From Deltaproteobacteria bacterium (GTDB lineage Bacteria; Desulfobacterota_D; UBA1144; Nemesobacterales; CSP1-2), in the NCBI GenBank assembly GCA_052390235.1, contig JBQTHB010000005.1, positions 384,001 to 448,000 on the forward strand: a stretch of 64,000 nucleotides of DNA, written 5' to 3'. The first letter of the stretch is position 1. The number at the start of each line of letters is the position of its first letter. The notes beneath the pieces were generated by a model. The model saw only the letters and a list, made by a program, of their open reading frames with translations, was not told the origin of the DNA and searched no databases. The position numbers and the translations under genes are program-made. Of the stretch, positions 1 through 11,696 are shown piece after piece.

Positions 1-1143
1 CCCCCCTGCGACCTCGCCTGCCGCAAACAGCCCCGGAATGGTGCTTGCCCCGTTTTCGGCGTTCACTCTTACCCCTCCCATCACGTAGTGCGTCGTCGGA
101 CCCACTTCCATTGGCCCTGTGGTGATGTCAACGTCGGCAAGCTCCATGAACTGATGATACATACTCGGCAGTTTCTTCTTTATATACTCCGCCCCCTTGT
201 GGGATATGTCGAGGAACGCTCCTCCGTGAGGCGAGCCTCTGCCCTCTTTGACCTCCGTGTAAATCGAGCGGGCGACGACGTCCCTTGTGGAAAGCTCCAT
301 ACGCTTCGGGTCGTATTTCTGCATAAACCTCTCGCCCTTGGAGTTTGTCAGAATACCCCCTTCGCCGCGCACCGCCTCGGTTACGAGAATTCCCTTTACG
401 CCCGGGGGCCATACCATCCCCGTGGGGTGAAATTGTACGAACTCCATGTCAATAAGCTCCGCCCCTGCGTTGTAGGCGAGGGTCTGCCCGTCTCCAGTAT
501 ATTCCCACGAGTTAGAAGTAATTTTATAAGCCTTGCCAATGCCCCCCGTGGCAAGCACCACTGCTTTGGCTTTGAAGATTACGAACCGTCCTGTCTCTCT
601 CCAATAGCCGATAGCCCCTGCTATGCGCTCCCCGTCCTTGAGCAGGTGCGTTATCGTGCATTCCATATATACTTCCATCCCCGTGTGGATGCCCCTGTCC
701 TGGAGCGTGCGTATCATCTCAAGCCCGGTGCGGTCGCCTACGTGGCAGAGCCTCTTGTGGCTGTGTCCGCCGAATGCCCGCTGGAGGATTTTCCCCTCCT
801 TCGTGCGGTCGAAAAGCGCGCCCCAGTGTTCGAGTTCTCTGACTCTATCAGGGGCTTCTTGGGCGTGAATCTGAGCCATGCGCCAGTTATTGAGCATCTT
901 GCCGCCGGACATCGTGTCTTTAAAATGGGTCGTCCAGTTATCTTCGGTGTCAACGTTGGCAAGGGCGGCGGCGACTCCGCCTTCAGCCATTACGGTGTGG
1001 GCTTTGCCAAGTAGAGACTTGCATACAAGCCCTACTGAAGCCCCCTTTGCTGAGGCTTCAATTGCGGCTCTAAGCCCCGCGCCGCCCGCGCCGATAACGA
1101 TGACGTCGTGTGAATGAGTTTCAAATTTTTCGAGAGTAGCCAT
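1..1143 (-). CDS. sdhA: Succinate dehydrogenase/fumarate reductase flavoprotein subunit (5' part; runs off the window start)
   Basis: Not in the ORF track. Manual translation from ATG 1143 gives MATLEKFETHSHDVIVIGAGGAGLRAAIEA...KSLLGKAHTVMAEGG (Rossmann motif plus covalent-FAD His motif). Confidence 0.93.
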   Translation of the reverse strand, partial: MATLEKFETHSHDVIVIGAGGAGLRAAIEASAKGASVGLVCKSLLGKAHTVMAEGGVAAALANVDTEDNWTTHFKDTMSGGKMLNNWRMAQIHAQEAPDRVRELEHWGALFDRTKEGKILQRAFGGHSHKRLCHVGDRTGLEMIRTLQDRGIHTGMEVYMECTITHLLKDGERIAGAIGYWRETGRFVIFKAKAVVLATGGIGKAYKITSNSWEYTGDGQTLAYNAGAELIDMEFVQFHPTGMVWPPGVKGILVTEAVRGEGGILTNSKGERFMQKYDPKRMELSTRDVVARSIYTEVKEGRGSPHGGAFLDISHKGAEYIKKKLPSMYHQFMELADVDITTGPMEVGPTTHYVMGGVRVNAENGASTIPGLFAAGEVAGG

Positions 1144-1144
1144 T

Positions 1145-1879
1145 TTAGATAAACCTCATGTCTGTTATTGTTCCCGTTGCAAGAAGCCTTATGTAAACAT
1201 CCGTAAGAGCGACTCCGAAGAGGCTTACCCACGCCCAAAGCATATGGTTTTCATTTAGGATTGTCGCTTTCTGCCAGAGCATATAGCGCGTCGGACATTT
1301 AGAGAATATATCGAGCCTCCCGCCAATGAGATGACGCAGCGAGTGGCAGGACAGAGAGTACAGGCTGAGGAGCAGGGCGTTTAGGGTTATGATAATCGAG
1401 CCGAGACCTATGCCGAACTTCCCATCGAACCAGAAGGCTTTATAGGCGTCTATCCACAAAAAGGCGACTATCACAATCGAGGCGTATAAAAAATAGCGGT
1501 GTATGTTCTGCAGGATAAATGGAAACTTTGTCTCCCCCGTGTATTTGCCCTCAAGGGCTGTTACCCCGCGCACGGCGCATCCCGGAGGAGAGAAGAAAAA
1601 CGATCGGTAGTAGGCTTTTCTATAGTAATAGCAGGTCGCTCGAAATCCGCCCGGAGCCCAGAGGATTAGAAACGCGGGAGAAAACCCCCACCAATCTAAA
1701 ATTATCAGGGGCGAGTAAAATGGGGACAGATAAGGTTCAACCAAATAATGGTTGTTTTCAAAGGCTCTTAGCGTGGCGTATATACCGAAGCCTCCAAGCA
1801 CCGCCACGGTTATCAGCGGGGCGACCCACCAGGCGTCCCTACGCATGGTCAAAGAGCTTTCTGCCGTTCCGTTTGCCAT
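1145..1879 (-). CDS. Succinate dehydrogenase membrane anchor, Rv0249c/Sdh1 (type F)-like
   Basis: Multi-TM protein with FRATCYYYRKAYYRSF, CHSLRH and NHMLWAW motifs. Lies directly upstream of sdhA; ATG 1879 is preceded by GGAGGA. Confidence 0.8.
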   Translation of the reverse strand: MANGTAESSLTMRRDAWWVAPLITVAVLGGFGIYATLRAFENNHYLVEPYLSPFYSPLIILDWWGFSPAFLILWAPGGFRATCYYYRKAYYRSFFFSPPGCAVRGVTALEGKYTGETKFPFILQNIHRYFLYASIVIVAFLWIDAYKAFWFDGKFGIGLGSIIITLNALLLSLYSLSCHSLRHLIGGRLDIFSKCPTRYMLWQKATILNENHMLWAWVSLFGVALTDVYIRLLATGTITDMRFI

Positions 1880-2103
1880 CGGAAAAATCCTCCCAAATTG
1901 TGTTGTGCGCTGAGGTAAAGACAGAGACAATGTCAGGGCTTTTAATTTATATAACCTTCATGATATGTCAAGGCGCAGGGAATTTCTAAGTGGTAATTAA
2001 TTTTATCGGCGGCGTATTCGGGCTTTTTTCATTTGAACTTCGGCGCTTGCCACGATTTGATATGAGACTGCTCGACACTGCCGCCACGGAGGGCTCAGCC
2101 CCT

Positions 2104-2121
2104 CCTGAGCTTGCCGAAGGG
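2104..2121. repeat. Intergenic REP-like repeat (CCTGAGCTTGCCGAAGGG)
   Basis: Reverse complement matches 25370-25387 at 15/18 positions. Adjoins the palindrome GGAGGGCTCAGCCCTCC. Confidence 0.45.
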
Positions 2122-2241
2122 CGGAGATGACGAGAGAGATAGCCGATAAATGGGGATGAAAAAATTGAATATCGAAAAGCACGGGACAATAAGATAGGGC
2201 CGACGCCTCCGCCTGCCCTCTACCACGAAATTTCGGCTTAT

Positions 2242-3180
2242 TTAGATTCCAAGCTCTTCGATTCTCTTGCACAAATCCTTAACGTGTCCCGCCGAAACAT
2301 GGAGCGCGGCCGTCTCCTCTTCGGAGAGCTTTATCTCGAATATCTTCTCGACTCCGCCCCTTCCGAGCTTCACCGGAAGCCCGACGAATGTATCTTCGAT
2401 TCCGTACTCCCCCTGGGCAAGCACGCAGCAGGGCAGAATCTTTTTCTTGTCCTTTAAAATCGCCTCTGCCATCTCCACGGCCGAGGTAGCCGGAGCGTAG
2501 AAGGCACTTCCAGTTTTGAGGAGTTTTACTATTTCGGCCCCTCCGTCGCGGGTTCTCTGCACGATGGCCTCGAGCCTGTCCTTTGCGATAAGCTCGGTAA
2601 CTGGCACCCCTGCGACGGTCGTGTATTTCGTTATCGGCACCATATCGTCTCCGTGTCCGCCGAGGACGAAAGCCTGAATATTTTCAACCGACACCCCAAG
2701 TTCCATCGCCAAAAACGCGGTGAACCTGGCTGAATCCAGCACTCCGGCCATTCCCATGACGCGCTCTCTGGGGAATCCGCTTGCCTTGTGCGCCACATAG
2801 ACCATTGCGTCGAGCGGGTTCGTAACTAGGATTAGGATTGAATTCGGAGACCTCTTGGCGACTTCGCTCGTAACCTGCTTCACAATTTTCGTATTCGTCG
2901 AGATGAGGTCGTCGCGGCTCATTCCGGGCTTTCTCGGAATGCCGGAGGTGATAATGACGATGTCTGACCCAGCCGTTTCATCATAACCGTTCGTGCCGGT
3001 TACGTTAACGTCAACCCCCGACACGGGACACATCTGCATAAGGTCGAGGGCTTTACCCTGAGGCATTCCCTCGAGAATATCCACTAATACGATGTCTCCT
3101 AGCTCAAGCTCGGCGAGTTTAAACGCCGCCGACGCCCCCACATTTCCCGCCCCGATAACTGAAATCTTAGGTCTGCTCAT
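2242..3180 (-). CDS. mdh: Malate dehydrogenase (LDH-like)
   Basis: [22 protein letters not shown] and GSAFYAP motifs. Confidence 0.96.
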   Translation of the reverse strand: MSRPKISVIGAGNVGASAAFKLAELELGDIVLVDILEGMPQGKALDLMQMCPVSGVDVNVTGTNGYDETAGSDIVIITSGIPRKPGMSRDDLISTNTKIVKQVTSEVAKRSPNSILILVTNPLDAMVYVAHKASGFPRERVMGMAGVLDSARFTAFLAMELGVSVENIQAFVLGGHGDDMVPITKYTTVAGVPVTELIAKDRLEAIVQRTRDGGAEIVKLLKTGSAFYAPATSAVEMAEAILKDKKKILPCCVLAQGEYGIEDTFVGLPVKLGRGGVEKIFEIKLSEEETAALHVSAGHVKDLCKRIEELGI

Positions 3181-3233
3181 ATTAATTAAATCTCCTGTAG
3201 TTTGTTTGATTATATGGTTTTTGCGCCTCGAAT

Positions 3234-4466
3234 CTAAACGTGATCCATGTTCTCAATTATCGCCCTGCCGAACTCGGAGCATTTAAGAAGCGTCGCCCCC
3301 TGGAGCTGTCTCTCTAGGTCGTAGGTTACTTTTTTTTCGGCGACTGTTTTTTCCATCGCTTTGACGATTAAATTGCCCGCTTCCTTCCAGCCGATGTACT
3401 CAAACATCATCACTCCCGAAAGTATCACCGAGCCGGGGTTGACCTTATCCTGCCCCGCGTATTTGGGCGCAGTGCCGTGCGTGGCTTCAAATACGGCGTA
3501 GAAATCCCCGATGTTTCCGCCGGGAGCCATTCCAAGCCCTCCCACCTGAGCGGCGCAGGCATCGGATAGATAGTCCCCGTTTAGGTTCGGCGTTACGATA
3601 ACGTCGTATTCATCGGTTCTGAGTAGAATCTGCTGGAGCATATTGTCGGCGATTCGGTCTTTTATCACGACTTTACCCTGAGGGGCTTTGCCGTTGAATT
3701 TCGTCCAAACGTCGTCTTCAGTGATTGTGGCGTCGCCGTATTCTTCTCTAGCAACCTCGTAGCACCACTCGCGAAACGCGCCCTCGGTGTATTTCATGAT
3801 GTTGCCTTTGTGGACTATCGTTACGCTTTTTCTGTGGTTTTGAATGGCGTACTTTATCGCCTTTCTCATGAGCCTCTTTGTGCCGAAGATGCTTATGGGC
3901 TTAATCCCGATGCCTGAGTCCTCGCGGATGCTTATCTTGAAATTTTCCTTGATGTAGGCGATGAGTTTTCTAGCGTCTGCCGAGCCGCACTGCCACTCGA
4001 TACCGGCATAGACGTCTTCTGTGTTTTCTCTGAATATGACAACGTCCATGAGTTCGGGTTTTTTCACCGGCGCTGGAGTCCCAAGGATGAATTTTACCGG
4101 CCTCACGCAGGCGTATAGGTCTAAGAGTTGTCTCAGGGCCACGTTTAGGCTTCTGAGCCCCCCGCCTACCGGGGTGGTTAGCGGCCCCTTGATTGCCACA
4201 ACGTATTCTCTTATCGTATTTAGGGTTTCAAGCGGAAGCCAGCCTCCGGTTTTATCAAATGCCTTCTCTCCGGCGAGAACCTCAAGCCACGCCACTTTTC
4301 TCCTGCCTTTATACATTTTTTCGACCGCCGCGTCGAAAACAATCTTAGAAGCGAACCAAATATCTGGACCCGTTCCGTCCCCTTCAATAAATGGAATTAT
4401 CGGATTATCAGGAACGTTTAAAGTATGATTTACTTCATTGACCGTTATTTTTTGTCCTTCAGACAT
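3234..4466 (-). CDS. icd: NADP-dependent isocitrate dehydrogenase
   Basis: [31 protein letters not shown] and [12 protein letters not shown] motifs. Start moved to ATG 4466, which has an AAGGGAG RBS. Confidence 0.96.
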   Translation of the reverse strand: MSEGQKITVNEVNHTLNVPDNPIIPFIEGDGTGPDIWFASKIVFDAAVEKMYKGRRKVAWLEVLAGEKAFDKTGGWLPLETLNTIREYVVAIKGPLTTPVGGGLRSLNVALRQLLDLYACVRPVKFILGTPAPVKKPELMDVVIFRENTEDVYAGIEWQCGSADARKLIAYIKENFKISIREDSGIGIKPISIFGTKRLMRKAIKYAIQNHRKSVTIVHKGNIMKYTEGAFREWCYEVAREEYGDATITEDDVWTKFNGKAPQGKVVIKDRIADNMLQQILLRTDEYDVIVTPNLNGDYLSDACAAQVGGLGMAPGGNIGDFYAVFEATHGTAPKYAGQDKVNPGSVILSGVMMFEYIGWKEAGNLIVKAMEKTVAEKKVTYDLERQLQGATLLKCSEFGRAIIENMDHV

Positions 4467-4650
4467 CGAGAAAGCTCCCTTTGAATCAGATTTTTGGCAA
4501 AAATATACATGGAATTTGCGGAAACACAAAGCCGAATTTCGCGGGCAAAATAGGAATGCGGCAAAATCTGGAGGGCAAACCCGCCCCGATTTCGCGCAGA
4601 AACAATGCGACTTCACCTAAATTTAGTGGGTAACCGGCATTCTAACCGCT

Positions 4651-7335
4651 CTACTGCTCTCCGGCTATCATCTGCCTTAGCACGGTTTGAAGAATCCCGC
4701 CGTTTTCGTAGTAATTTATCTCAACTACGCTGTCGAGGCGGCAAATCGCCTGAAGGGATTTTTCCGCGCCGTCCTGAGTCCTGTAGCGCACGGTAACCTC
4801 TTTCCTCGGTTTGAGGGCTTCGGCAATTCCTTCGATGTCAAACTCTTCAAATCCCGTAATACCGTGAGTTTTCCATGTTTCTCCGGTCTTGAACTGAAGC
4901 GGCAACACCCCCATTCCCACCAGATTGCTCCGGTGAATCCTCTCGTAGCTCTCGGCGATGACGGCTTTGACCCCGAGGAGCATAGTTCCCTTAGCCGCCC
5001 AGTCCCGCGAGCTTCCGCTACCGTACTCCCTGCCCGCAATGACGATGAGCGCGGTTCCCTCGGCGATATATTTGAGGGAGGCATCATATATTGATGTCGT
5101 CTCGCCTGTCGGCACATACACGGTGAGTCCGCCTTCCGTGCCGGGGAGCATCTGATTCTTGAGGCGGATGTTGGCAAACGTGCCTCGAATCATGACCTCG
5201 TGATTCCCTCGGCGCGAGCCGTAGCTGTTAAAATCCACAGCGGAAACGCCGTTTGCAATGAGGTATCTACCCGCTGGGCTGTCTTTGGCGATGTTCCCTG
5301 CCGGGGATATGTGGTCGGTCGTGATGGAGTCTTCCAAGAGGGCTAGGGCGCGGGCTTTTTTTATGTCCGAGACTCCGGGGGCGTCTTTGGGGAAATTGAT
5401 AAAATAGGGAGGCTCCTGGATATAGGTTGAGGTTTTATCCCAATCGTAGAGGTTTCCCGTAGGAATCGCCAAATCCTGCCAAGCCTTGTCGCCATCGAAA
5501 ACGCGGGCGTATCTGCCAATGAAAAGCTCTGGGTTGAGCGTCTTTTCGATGGCCTGCCTGATTTCCTCGTGCGATGGCCAAATTTCGTTCAGATATACGG
5601 GCTTTCCGTCGCTCCCAGTTCCTATTGCCTCCGAGGTGAGGTCAATGTTGACCGTGCCGGCTAGGGCATAAGCCACGACAAGTGGGGGCGATGCCAGATA
5701 CGCGAGTTTTACCTGAGGATGCACCCTGCCCTCGAAATTCCTGTTTCCGCTAAGCACGGCGGCAACCGTCAAATCCCCTTTTTTGATACCGTCCGCAATG
5801 GGATCTGGGAGGGGGCCGCTGTTGCCGATGCAGGTCGTGCATCCGTAGCCCACGAGGTGAAATCCGAGCTTTTCGAGATAAGGCACGAGTCCCGCGCCGT
5901 GGAGGTAGTCCATAACGACTCGGGAGCCGGGGGCGAGGCTTGTTTTAACGGTCGCGCTCACGCTAAGCCCTCTTTCAACGGCTTTTTTGGCGAGAATTCC
6001 CGCTCCTATCATGACCGAGGGGTTCGATGTGTTCGTGCAACTGGTTATCGCCGAAATCACGACAGAGCCGTCCGAAAGGGGCAACTGCGCGCCTTCGGTC
6101 TCGACCTCAACAGTTCTATCGGCCCTTTTGATTTTCGTTGTCATGTAGTTTCTGTAGGATTTTTGCATATCTTCAAGGGCAACGCGGTCTTGCGGCCGCG
6201 AGGGCCCAGCCAGAGACGGCACGACTTTGCTTAAATCAAGTTCGAGAACGTCGGTGTAAATCGGGTCGGGGGTGTCGTCGGCGCGGAAAAGCCCCTGCGC
6301 CTTGGTGTATGCCTCGACCAGTTGCACTAGGTGTCTGTCGCGCCCCGTGCCGCGGAGGAATTTGAGAGTCTCATCGTCAACGGGAAAAAATCCGGCGGTT
6401 GCCCCGTACTCAGGCGCCATGTTGGAAACCGTTGCCCTGTCGGCGAGGCTCAAGCGGCTAAGTCCTGGCCCAAAGAACTCGACTATTTTCTCGACTACCC
6501 CCTTTTTCCTCAGCATCTCAGTTACGGTAAGCACCAGATCCGTCGCAGTTGCCCCCTCGGGAAGCTCCCCGTACATCTTGAATCCTATAACTTCTGGGAG
6601 GAGCATATAGAGCGGCTGGCCCAGCATACAGGCTTCAGCCTCGATTCCGCCGACTCCCCATCCGAGGACGCTTAAGCCATTTATCATCGTCGTATGGGAA
6701 TCCGTGCCGACAAGCGTATCCGGGAAGGCAAATGTGTCATTGCCTACCTTCTCGCACATCACGACGCTTGCCAAATATTCGAGATTAACCTGATGCACTA
6801 TCCCCGTGCCTGGCGGGACGGCGCGGAATTTGTCAAAGGACTTCTGCGCCCATCTGAGAAAACCGTAGCGCTCGCGGTTACGCTCGAACTCAAGACCCAC
6901 GTTTTTATCAAAGGCGTCGGAAGACCTGAAGAAATCCACCTGCACCGAGTGATCTATCACCAAATCCACGGGGACTATCGGGTTTATCCGCTTCGTGTCG
7001 CCCCCCATTTGGCTAACGGCTGAGCGCATAGCCGCCAAATCCGCAACGCACGGCACGCCGGTGAAATCCTGAAGTATGACGCGGGCAGGGGTGTAGGGAA
7101 TCTCCTTTATCTCAGGTTTGCCCTTCCATTTAGCCACAAGCTCCACGTCCTCTCTGGTAACTATGCTGCCGTAGGAGTGTCGAAGGACGTTCTCTAGGAG
7201 GATTTTTATCGAGAAGGGGAGTCTTAAAAAATCTGCCCCAAGCGCCTCTTCAAGCCAGTTAAGGGAGTAGTATTTAATCGTCGCGCCGCCGACTTGAAGG
7301 GATGAAACTGCGTCGAAGGGTCTATGAGCCGCCAT
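4651..7335 (-). CDS. acnA: Aconitate hydratase A
   Basis: [29 protein letters not shown] and [10 protein letters not shown] motifs; 894 aa. Confidence 0.97.
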   Translation of the reverse strand: MAAHRPFDAVSSLQVGGATIKYYSLNWLEEALGADFLRLPFSIKILLENVLRHSYGSIVTREDVELVAKWKGKPEIKEIPYTPARVILQDFTGVPCVADLAAMRSAVSQMGGDTKRINPIVPVDLVIDHSVQVDFFRSSDAFDKNVGLEFERNRERYGFLRWAQKSFDKFRAVPPGTGIVHQVNLEYLASVVMCEKVGNDTFAFPDTLVGTDSHTTMINGLSVLGWGVGGIEAEACMLGQPLYMLLPEVIGFKMYGELPEGATATDLVLTVTEMLRKKGVVEKIVEFFGPGLSRLSLADRATVSNMAPEYGATAGFFPVDDETLKFLRGTGRDRHLVQLVEAYTKAQGLFRADDTPDPIYTDVLELDLSKVVPSLAGPSRPQDRVALEDMQKSYRNYMTTKIKRADRTVEVETEGAQLPLSDGSVVISAITSCTNTSNPSVMIGAGILAKKAVERGLSVSATVKTSLAPGSRVVMDYLHGAGLVPYLEKLGFHLVGYGCTTCIGNSGPLPDPIADGIKKGDLTVAAVLSGNRNFEGRVHPQVKLAYLASPPLVVAYALAGTVNIDLTSEAIGTGSDGKPVYLNEIWPSHEEIRQAIEKTLNPELFIGRYARVFDGDKAWQDLAIPTGNLYDWDKTSTYIQEPPYFINFPKDAPGVSDIKKARALALLEDSITTDHISPAGNIAKDSPAGRYLIANGVSAVDFNSYGSRRGNHEVMIRGTFANIRLKNQMLPGTEGGLTVYVPTGETTSIYDASLKYIAEGTALIVIAGREYGSGSSRDWAAKGTMLLGVKAVIAESYERIHRSNLVGMGVLPLQFKTGETWKTHGITGFEEFDIEGIAEALKPRKEVTVRYRTQDGAEKSLQAICRLDSVVEINYYENGGILQTVLRQMIAGEQ

Positions 7336-7559
7336 TTTATTTCTCCGTTTATGGGGTTTAAAAACAGGGCTTTATTATAACTCGGATTTTCTAAATGAGA
7401 AGATTTTGCGCTTGGAAGTAAATTTTATTCTTAGGTTGGTTTCCCTCAGGGGCGATGAGATGGGGAAAAACGAGTCTAAAAGAAAGCGGAACTGCCCGGA
7501 TATTGAATACACGAGCTAGTCCCGCTTAATTGCGCTAATTTTCAGTGTGATAGAGCCTC

Positions 7560-8795
7560 TCAGCCCTCGAATTTTCTGAAAGCTATGCTTACGTTAGTGC
7601 CGCCGAATCCGAAGGAATTGCTAAGGGCGGTCTTAATTTTTACCTCTCTTGGCGTGTGGGGTATGTAGTCTAAATCGCACCCCTCTTCCGGCGTCTCAAG
7701 ATTTATGGTTGGCGGAAGCACTCCCTCATAAAGGGCGAGAGCCGTGAATGCCGCCTCAATTCCGCCCGCCGCTCCGAGCAGGTGTCCGGTCATGGATTTC
7801 GTCGAGCTGACCGGGATTTTATAGGCGCGCGAGCCGAAAACCTCTTTTATTGCGTTTGTTTCGTTGATGTCGTTCTGCTGAGTTGATGTGCCGTGGGCGT
7901 TGATGTATTCGACCTCTTCGGGGTTTATCCCGGCGTCCCGAAGCGCGCCTCTCATACATCTGGTGGGCCCGTCGAGGGATGGAGAGGTTATATGATGGGC
8001 ATCTCCGCTCATTCCATAGCCGACAATCTCGGCGTAGATCCTCGCGCCGCGCCGCTTAGCGTGTTCAAGCTCTTCGAGAATAAGCATCCCCGACCCCTCA
8101 GCTATGATGAATCCGTCGCGGCCCGTGTCAAATGGGCGGGAAGCCCTCTGCGGATCCTCATTTCGCGTTGAAATCGCCCTCATTACGTTGAATCCGGCAA
8201 TAGTCATCGGGATGATTGGCGCCTCTGTGCCGCCGGCTATCATGGCGTCGGCGTCCCCTCTTTGAATTGCAATGGCGGAGTATGCGATGGCGTGCGCTCC
8301 CGCGGCGCAGGCGGTTGTCGTACAGCAGTTCGGTCCCCTTGCGTTAAAGTATATCGAGACGTATCCCGCCGCCATATTTGCTATGATATTCGGAACAAAG
8401 AACGGGGAAACTCGGCCTGGGCCCCTGTCTTTGAACGTAAGCACGGTGTTGAAGTAAGTGTCCATGCCGCCAATGCCTGAGCCAACTATCGCTCCAACAT
8501 TAGGGGAAAGCTCATCGGTGATCTGGAGATTAGCGTCGTCGAGCGCGATTTTCGTCGCCGCAACGGCAAACTGAATAAACGGATCACTCCTCCTGATTTC
8601 CTTTGCGTCCATAAATGCTTCGGGGTCGAAGTCCAGAACCTCGCCCGCTATTTGGGTTTTAAGAGCCGATGGGTCAAATTTTGTAATCCGACCTACGCCT
8701 GAGCGTCCTTGGAGGATGCCGTCCCAGGTTTTCTTATTCCCGGTTCCCAGCGGCGTTACGAGTCCTAAACCCGTTACCACAACCCTTCTTTTCAT
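7560..8795 (-). CDS. fabF: 3-oxoacyl-ACP synthase II
   Basis: TAC active site, AHGTST, GHLLGAAG, NSFGFGG. Confidence 0.96.
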   Translation of the reverse strand: MKRRVVVTGLGLVTPLGTGNKKTWDGILQGRSGVGRITKFDPSALKTQIAGEVLDFDPEAFMDAKEIRRSDPFIQFAVAATKIALDDANLQITDELSPNVGAIVGSGIGGMDTYFNTVLTFKDRGPGRVSPFFVPNIIANMAAGYVSIYFNARGPNCCTTTACAAGAHAIAYSAIAIQRGDADAMIAGGTEAPIIPMTIAGFNVMRAISTRNEDPQRASRPFDTGRDGFIIAEGSGMLILEELEHAKRRGARIYAEIVGYGMSGDAHHITSPSLDGPTRCMRGALRDAGINPEEVEYINAHGTSTQQNDINETNAIKEVFGSRAYKIPVSSTKSMTGHLLGAAGGIEAAFTALALYEGVLPPTINLETPEEGCDLDYIPHTPREVKIKTALSNSFGFGGTNVSIAFRKFEG

Positions 8796-9046
8796 TATTT
8801 CTTACGCTCCGTTATGTAATTTATAGCGTCCTGAACGGTTACAATCCCCTCGGCGTCTTCATCCGAAATCTCCACACCGAACTCATCTTCCATAGACATA
8901 ATCAGTTCCACTAAGTCAAGAGAATCTGCTCCTAAATCCTCTATGAAAGACGCCTCAGGGGTAACCTCATGGTCGGCTTTACCGAGCTGGCTTCCTATCA
9001 TCTTTCTGACTTTAGCAACTATTTCCTGATCAACTTGAGTTGCCAT
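8795..9046 (-). CDS. acpP: Acyl carrier protein
   Basis: [11 protein letters not shown] phosphopantetheine motif. Confidence 0.97.
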   Translation of the reverse strand: MATQVDQEIVAKVRKMIGSQLGKADHEVTPEASFIEDLGADSLDLVELIMSMEDEFGVEISDEDAEGIVTVQDAINYITERKK

Positions 9047-9073
9047 AATTGTATATTCCTCCCAAAGTATTTT

Positions 9074-9817
9074 TTAAGTATATAGACCGCCGTTAACCTT
9101 TACAACCTCTCCAGTGATATAAGAAGCCCCGTCCGACGCGAGAAACGCAACGACCTGCGCCACGTCAGCCGCCCCGCCGAATTTCCCTAGCGGTATCATC
9201 TCCAGATATTTTGCCTTTACCGCTTCAGGGAGGTCTTTTGTAATATCGGTTTCAATGAATCCGGGGCTTACGGCGTTTACCGTAATCCCTCTTGAGCCAA
9301 CCTCTTTTGCCGTAGATTTAGTGAACCCTATTATGCCCGCTTTCGACGCCGAGTAATTGCACTGCCCGGCATTGCCCATTTCACCGACGACGGACGTGAT
9401 ATTTATAATTCTGCCGTACCTCTGCTTCATCATGATTTTGACTGCGGCTTTGGTGCAGTTAAAAACCCCTTTTAGGTTAACCGACAGCACTTCGTCCCAG
9501 TCCTCTTCTTTCATTCTGACTAGAAGCGTGTCTTTGGTGATGCCGGCGTTATTGACGAGTATGTGCAGCCCGCCCATCTCCTCGGCAATTTTGGAGATTA
9601 CCTCCTGAGACGCTAAAAATGAGGAAACATCGAACTGCGAGAGCCTGCCCTTGCCGCCGGACTGCTCAATTTCCGACAAGAGTTCCTCAGCCGCCGCCGC
9701 GCTTTTTGAGTAATTTATCGCGATGATTGCGCCTTGTGCGGCAAGTTCCAGCGCCACGGCGCGTCCTATTCCTCTTCCCGCCCCGGTTACAAGGGCTACT
9801 CTATCTTTGAACTTCAT
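9074..9817 (-). CDS. fabG: 3-oxoacyl-ACP reductase
   Basis: TGAGRGIG, NNAG, YSASK; fab operon context. Confidence 0.96.
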   Translation of the reverse strand: MKFKDRVALVTGAGRGIGRAVALELAAQGAIIAINYSKSAAAAEELLSEIEQSGGKGRLSQFDVSSFLASQEVISKIAEEMGGLHILVNNAGITKDTLLVRMKEEDWDEVLSVNLKGVFNCTKAAVKIMMKQRYGRIINITSVVGEMGNAGQCNYSASKAGIIGFTKSTAKEVGSRGITVNAVSPGFIETDITKDLPEAVKAKYLEMIPLGKFGGAADVAQVVAFLASDGASYITGEVVKVNGGLYT

Positions 9818-10742
9818 TCTCTTTTAAGGACTCCAGGTGGCTGGTTTTTTCAAAATTTTTCACGAATGCGTTTGAAATCGTGCGCCTAATCAGCCCGGAA
9901 AGCACGTTTCCAGGGCCAATCTCAAAGAACTTCGTTGCCCCCTCGTCGCACAGAGTCTTCATTGACTCGTACCATCTCACGGGGCTTTTGACCTGCTCTA
10001 TGAGTATCTCTTTGATTTTGGACGGGTCGAGGTTGATTTTAGCGTCGAGGTTAGAGACGATTGGGATTGAGAAATCGGAGAATTTTATCTTATCGAGAAC
10101 CTGAGCGAGTTTCTCAGCGGCCGGAGCCATGAGCTTGCAGTGAAAAGGGGCGCTTATCTCGAGCAGTACGACTCTCTTTGCGCCTATTGCTCTGGCTAGT
10201 TCCCCGGCTTTTTCAACCGCCCTCTTTGTGCCTGAGATAACGGTCTGTCCGGGAGCATTGAAGTTTGCCGGACCTACAAACTCATCCCCGCTTGAAGCCT
10301 CGGAGCAAATCCCCTCGACTTGCTCCTTCTCAAGCCCAAGCACAGCCGCCATTGAGCCGACCCCTACGGGTACTGCTCCTTGGGTGAACTCGCCGCGTTT
10401 TCTCACAACCCAAACGGCATCCATAAAGTTCAGGGCTTTGCTTGCCACAAGGGCGGTGTATTCGCCGAGGCTGTGGCCAGCGACAAAGTCCGGCCTTATG
10501 TCTGTTTCTTCCTCAAAAACCCTTAGCGCGGCGACGCTTGCGGTGAGAATTGCGGGCTGGGCGTTGACCGTGAGGTTTAGCTGCTCTCTGGAACTGTCCT
10601 CAAAGCAGAGCCTTGCCAAATCGAACCCAAGCACCTCGCTCGCCTCTTCAAAGGTTCTCCTTGCCGCGGCGAATTTATTATAAAGCTCCTGACACATCCC
10701 CACGTACTGGGACCCCTGTCCGGGAAACACGAATGTTATCAT
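9801..10742 (-). CDS. fabD: Malonyl-CoA:ACP transacylase
   Basis: FPGQGSQ, GHSLGEY, APFH motifs. Confidence 0.96.
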   Translation of the reverse strand: MITFVFPGQGSQYVGMCQELYNKFAAARRTFEEASEVLGFDLARLCFEDSSREQLNLTVNAQPAILTASVAALRVFEEETDIRPDFVAGHSLGEYTALVASKALNFMDAVWVVRKRGEFTQGAVPVGVGSMAAVLGLEKEQVEGICSEASSGDEFVGPANFNAPGQTVISGTKRAVEKAGELARAIGAKRVVLLEISAPFHCKLMAPAAEKLAQVLDKIKFSDFSIPIVSNLDAKINLDPSKIKEILIEQVKSPVRWYESMKTLCDEGATKFFEIGPGNVLSGLIRRTISNAFVKNFEKTSHLESLKENEVQR

Positions 10743-10936
10743 GCCTTCTCTCCTCGCTCCTCTTTTGTCCTCTTAAAGGTTCTCCCTTTGTAGAATCCGC
10801 AACTCGGGCAAGCCCTATGAGGGGCTTTAAGCTCGTTGCAGCTTGGGCAAAGAGAAAGCCCTGGGCGCACTATCACGTAGTGAGTCCTTCTCTTTTTCGA
10901 CTGGGATTTGGATGGTTTTCTTTTTGGATGAGCCAT
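10739..10936 (-). CDS. rpmF: 50S ribosomal protein L32
   Basis: MAHPKRKPSKS...CPSC...PHRACPSCGFYKG. Confidence 0.95.
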   Translation of the reverse strand: MAHPKRKPSKSQSKKRRTHYVIVRPGLSLCPSCNELKAPHRACPSCGFYKGRTFKRTKEERGEKA

Positions 10937-10960
10937 TTTATAGTTCTCCGAATAAATTTA

Positions 10961-11485
10961 TTAAACTTTTAAACTCTTTAGAGCCGAAAATCTCGAATCT
11001 TCCCAATAACCGCTGCAGGAGCAAGCCTCAAAATTCAAATCCGCCCCGCATTGGCACAGCCCCGCGCAGTCCTCCGCGCATACTACTTTGACCGGCAGGG
11101 ACATCGCTACGACCTCTCTGAGATACCCTCCGAGGTCAATTTCATCGCCCGAATAGGTCTCGAAATCCACGTATTCATCGCTTTTAGCCTCGTCCCCGTC
11201 CGATGCCTCTTTGGGGGAGAGAACTAAATTTACCTCCGGGCTAAGGGTCAACTCTACAGGAGCGAGACACCTTGCGCAAGGGGATTCGATTGAAAAACTC
11301 ATAACCCCGCTTACCGTAACCTCTTTTAGAACCTTCGTAACCTGAATGTCTAGGTCAATAACCGAGACAATACGGGCATCCCTCTCGTTCAGAGCGGCAT
11401 CTGGCATATTGGTTAGCCACTCCGCTTTGGAGCTAGTAGCTATATGCAGACCGTCCTTGCCAATTTCTGTGTGCCTAATGCGCAT
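10961..11485 (-). CDS. yceD: YceD/DUF177 family protein
   Basis: CARCL and C..DC.GLC.CG.DLN...C.C motifs, DSRFSALK end; lies upstream of rpmF. Confidence 0.88.
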   Translation of the reverse strand: MRIRHTEIGKDGLHIATSSKAEWLTNMPDAALNERDARIVSVIDLDIQVTKVLKEVTVSGVMSFSIESPCARCLAPVELTLSPEVNLVLSPKEASDGDEAKSDEYVDFETYSGDEIDLGGYLREVVAMSLPVKVVCAEDCAGLCQCGADLNFEACSCSGYWEDSRFSALKSLKV

Positions 11486-11696
11486 TCGATTCCCGGCTCA
11501 GTAATAGTTTGGGAATTAATAATAATCTAACATTGAGTTTTTGCAAGTTTACAGGATTTCTCAACTTTCCGGTAGCGGAAAAAATAATCAGCCCCCAGCG
11601 TGTCCTGCTGATGTCCAGAGCGGGCTTGGCTACTGCCTCTCGCTCGCCCCTCATCTTTATTCGAGGTGTGCCTTGGCGTAGATAGAAAAACAACTT

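Noticed and set aside
88..1014. 308-aa plus-strand ORF
   Set aside because: Antisense shadow of sdhA, which the ORF track missed because it runs off the window edge.
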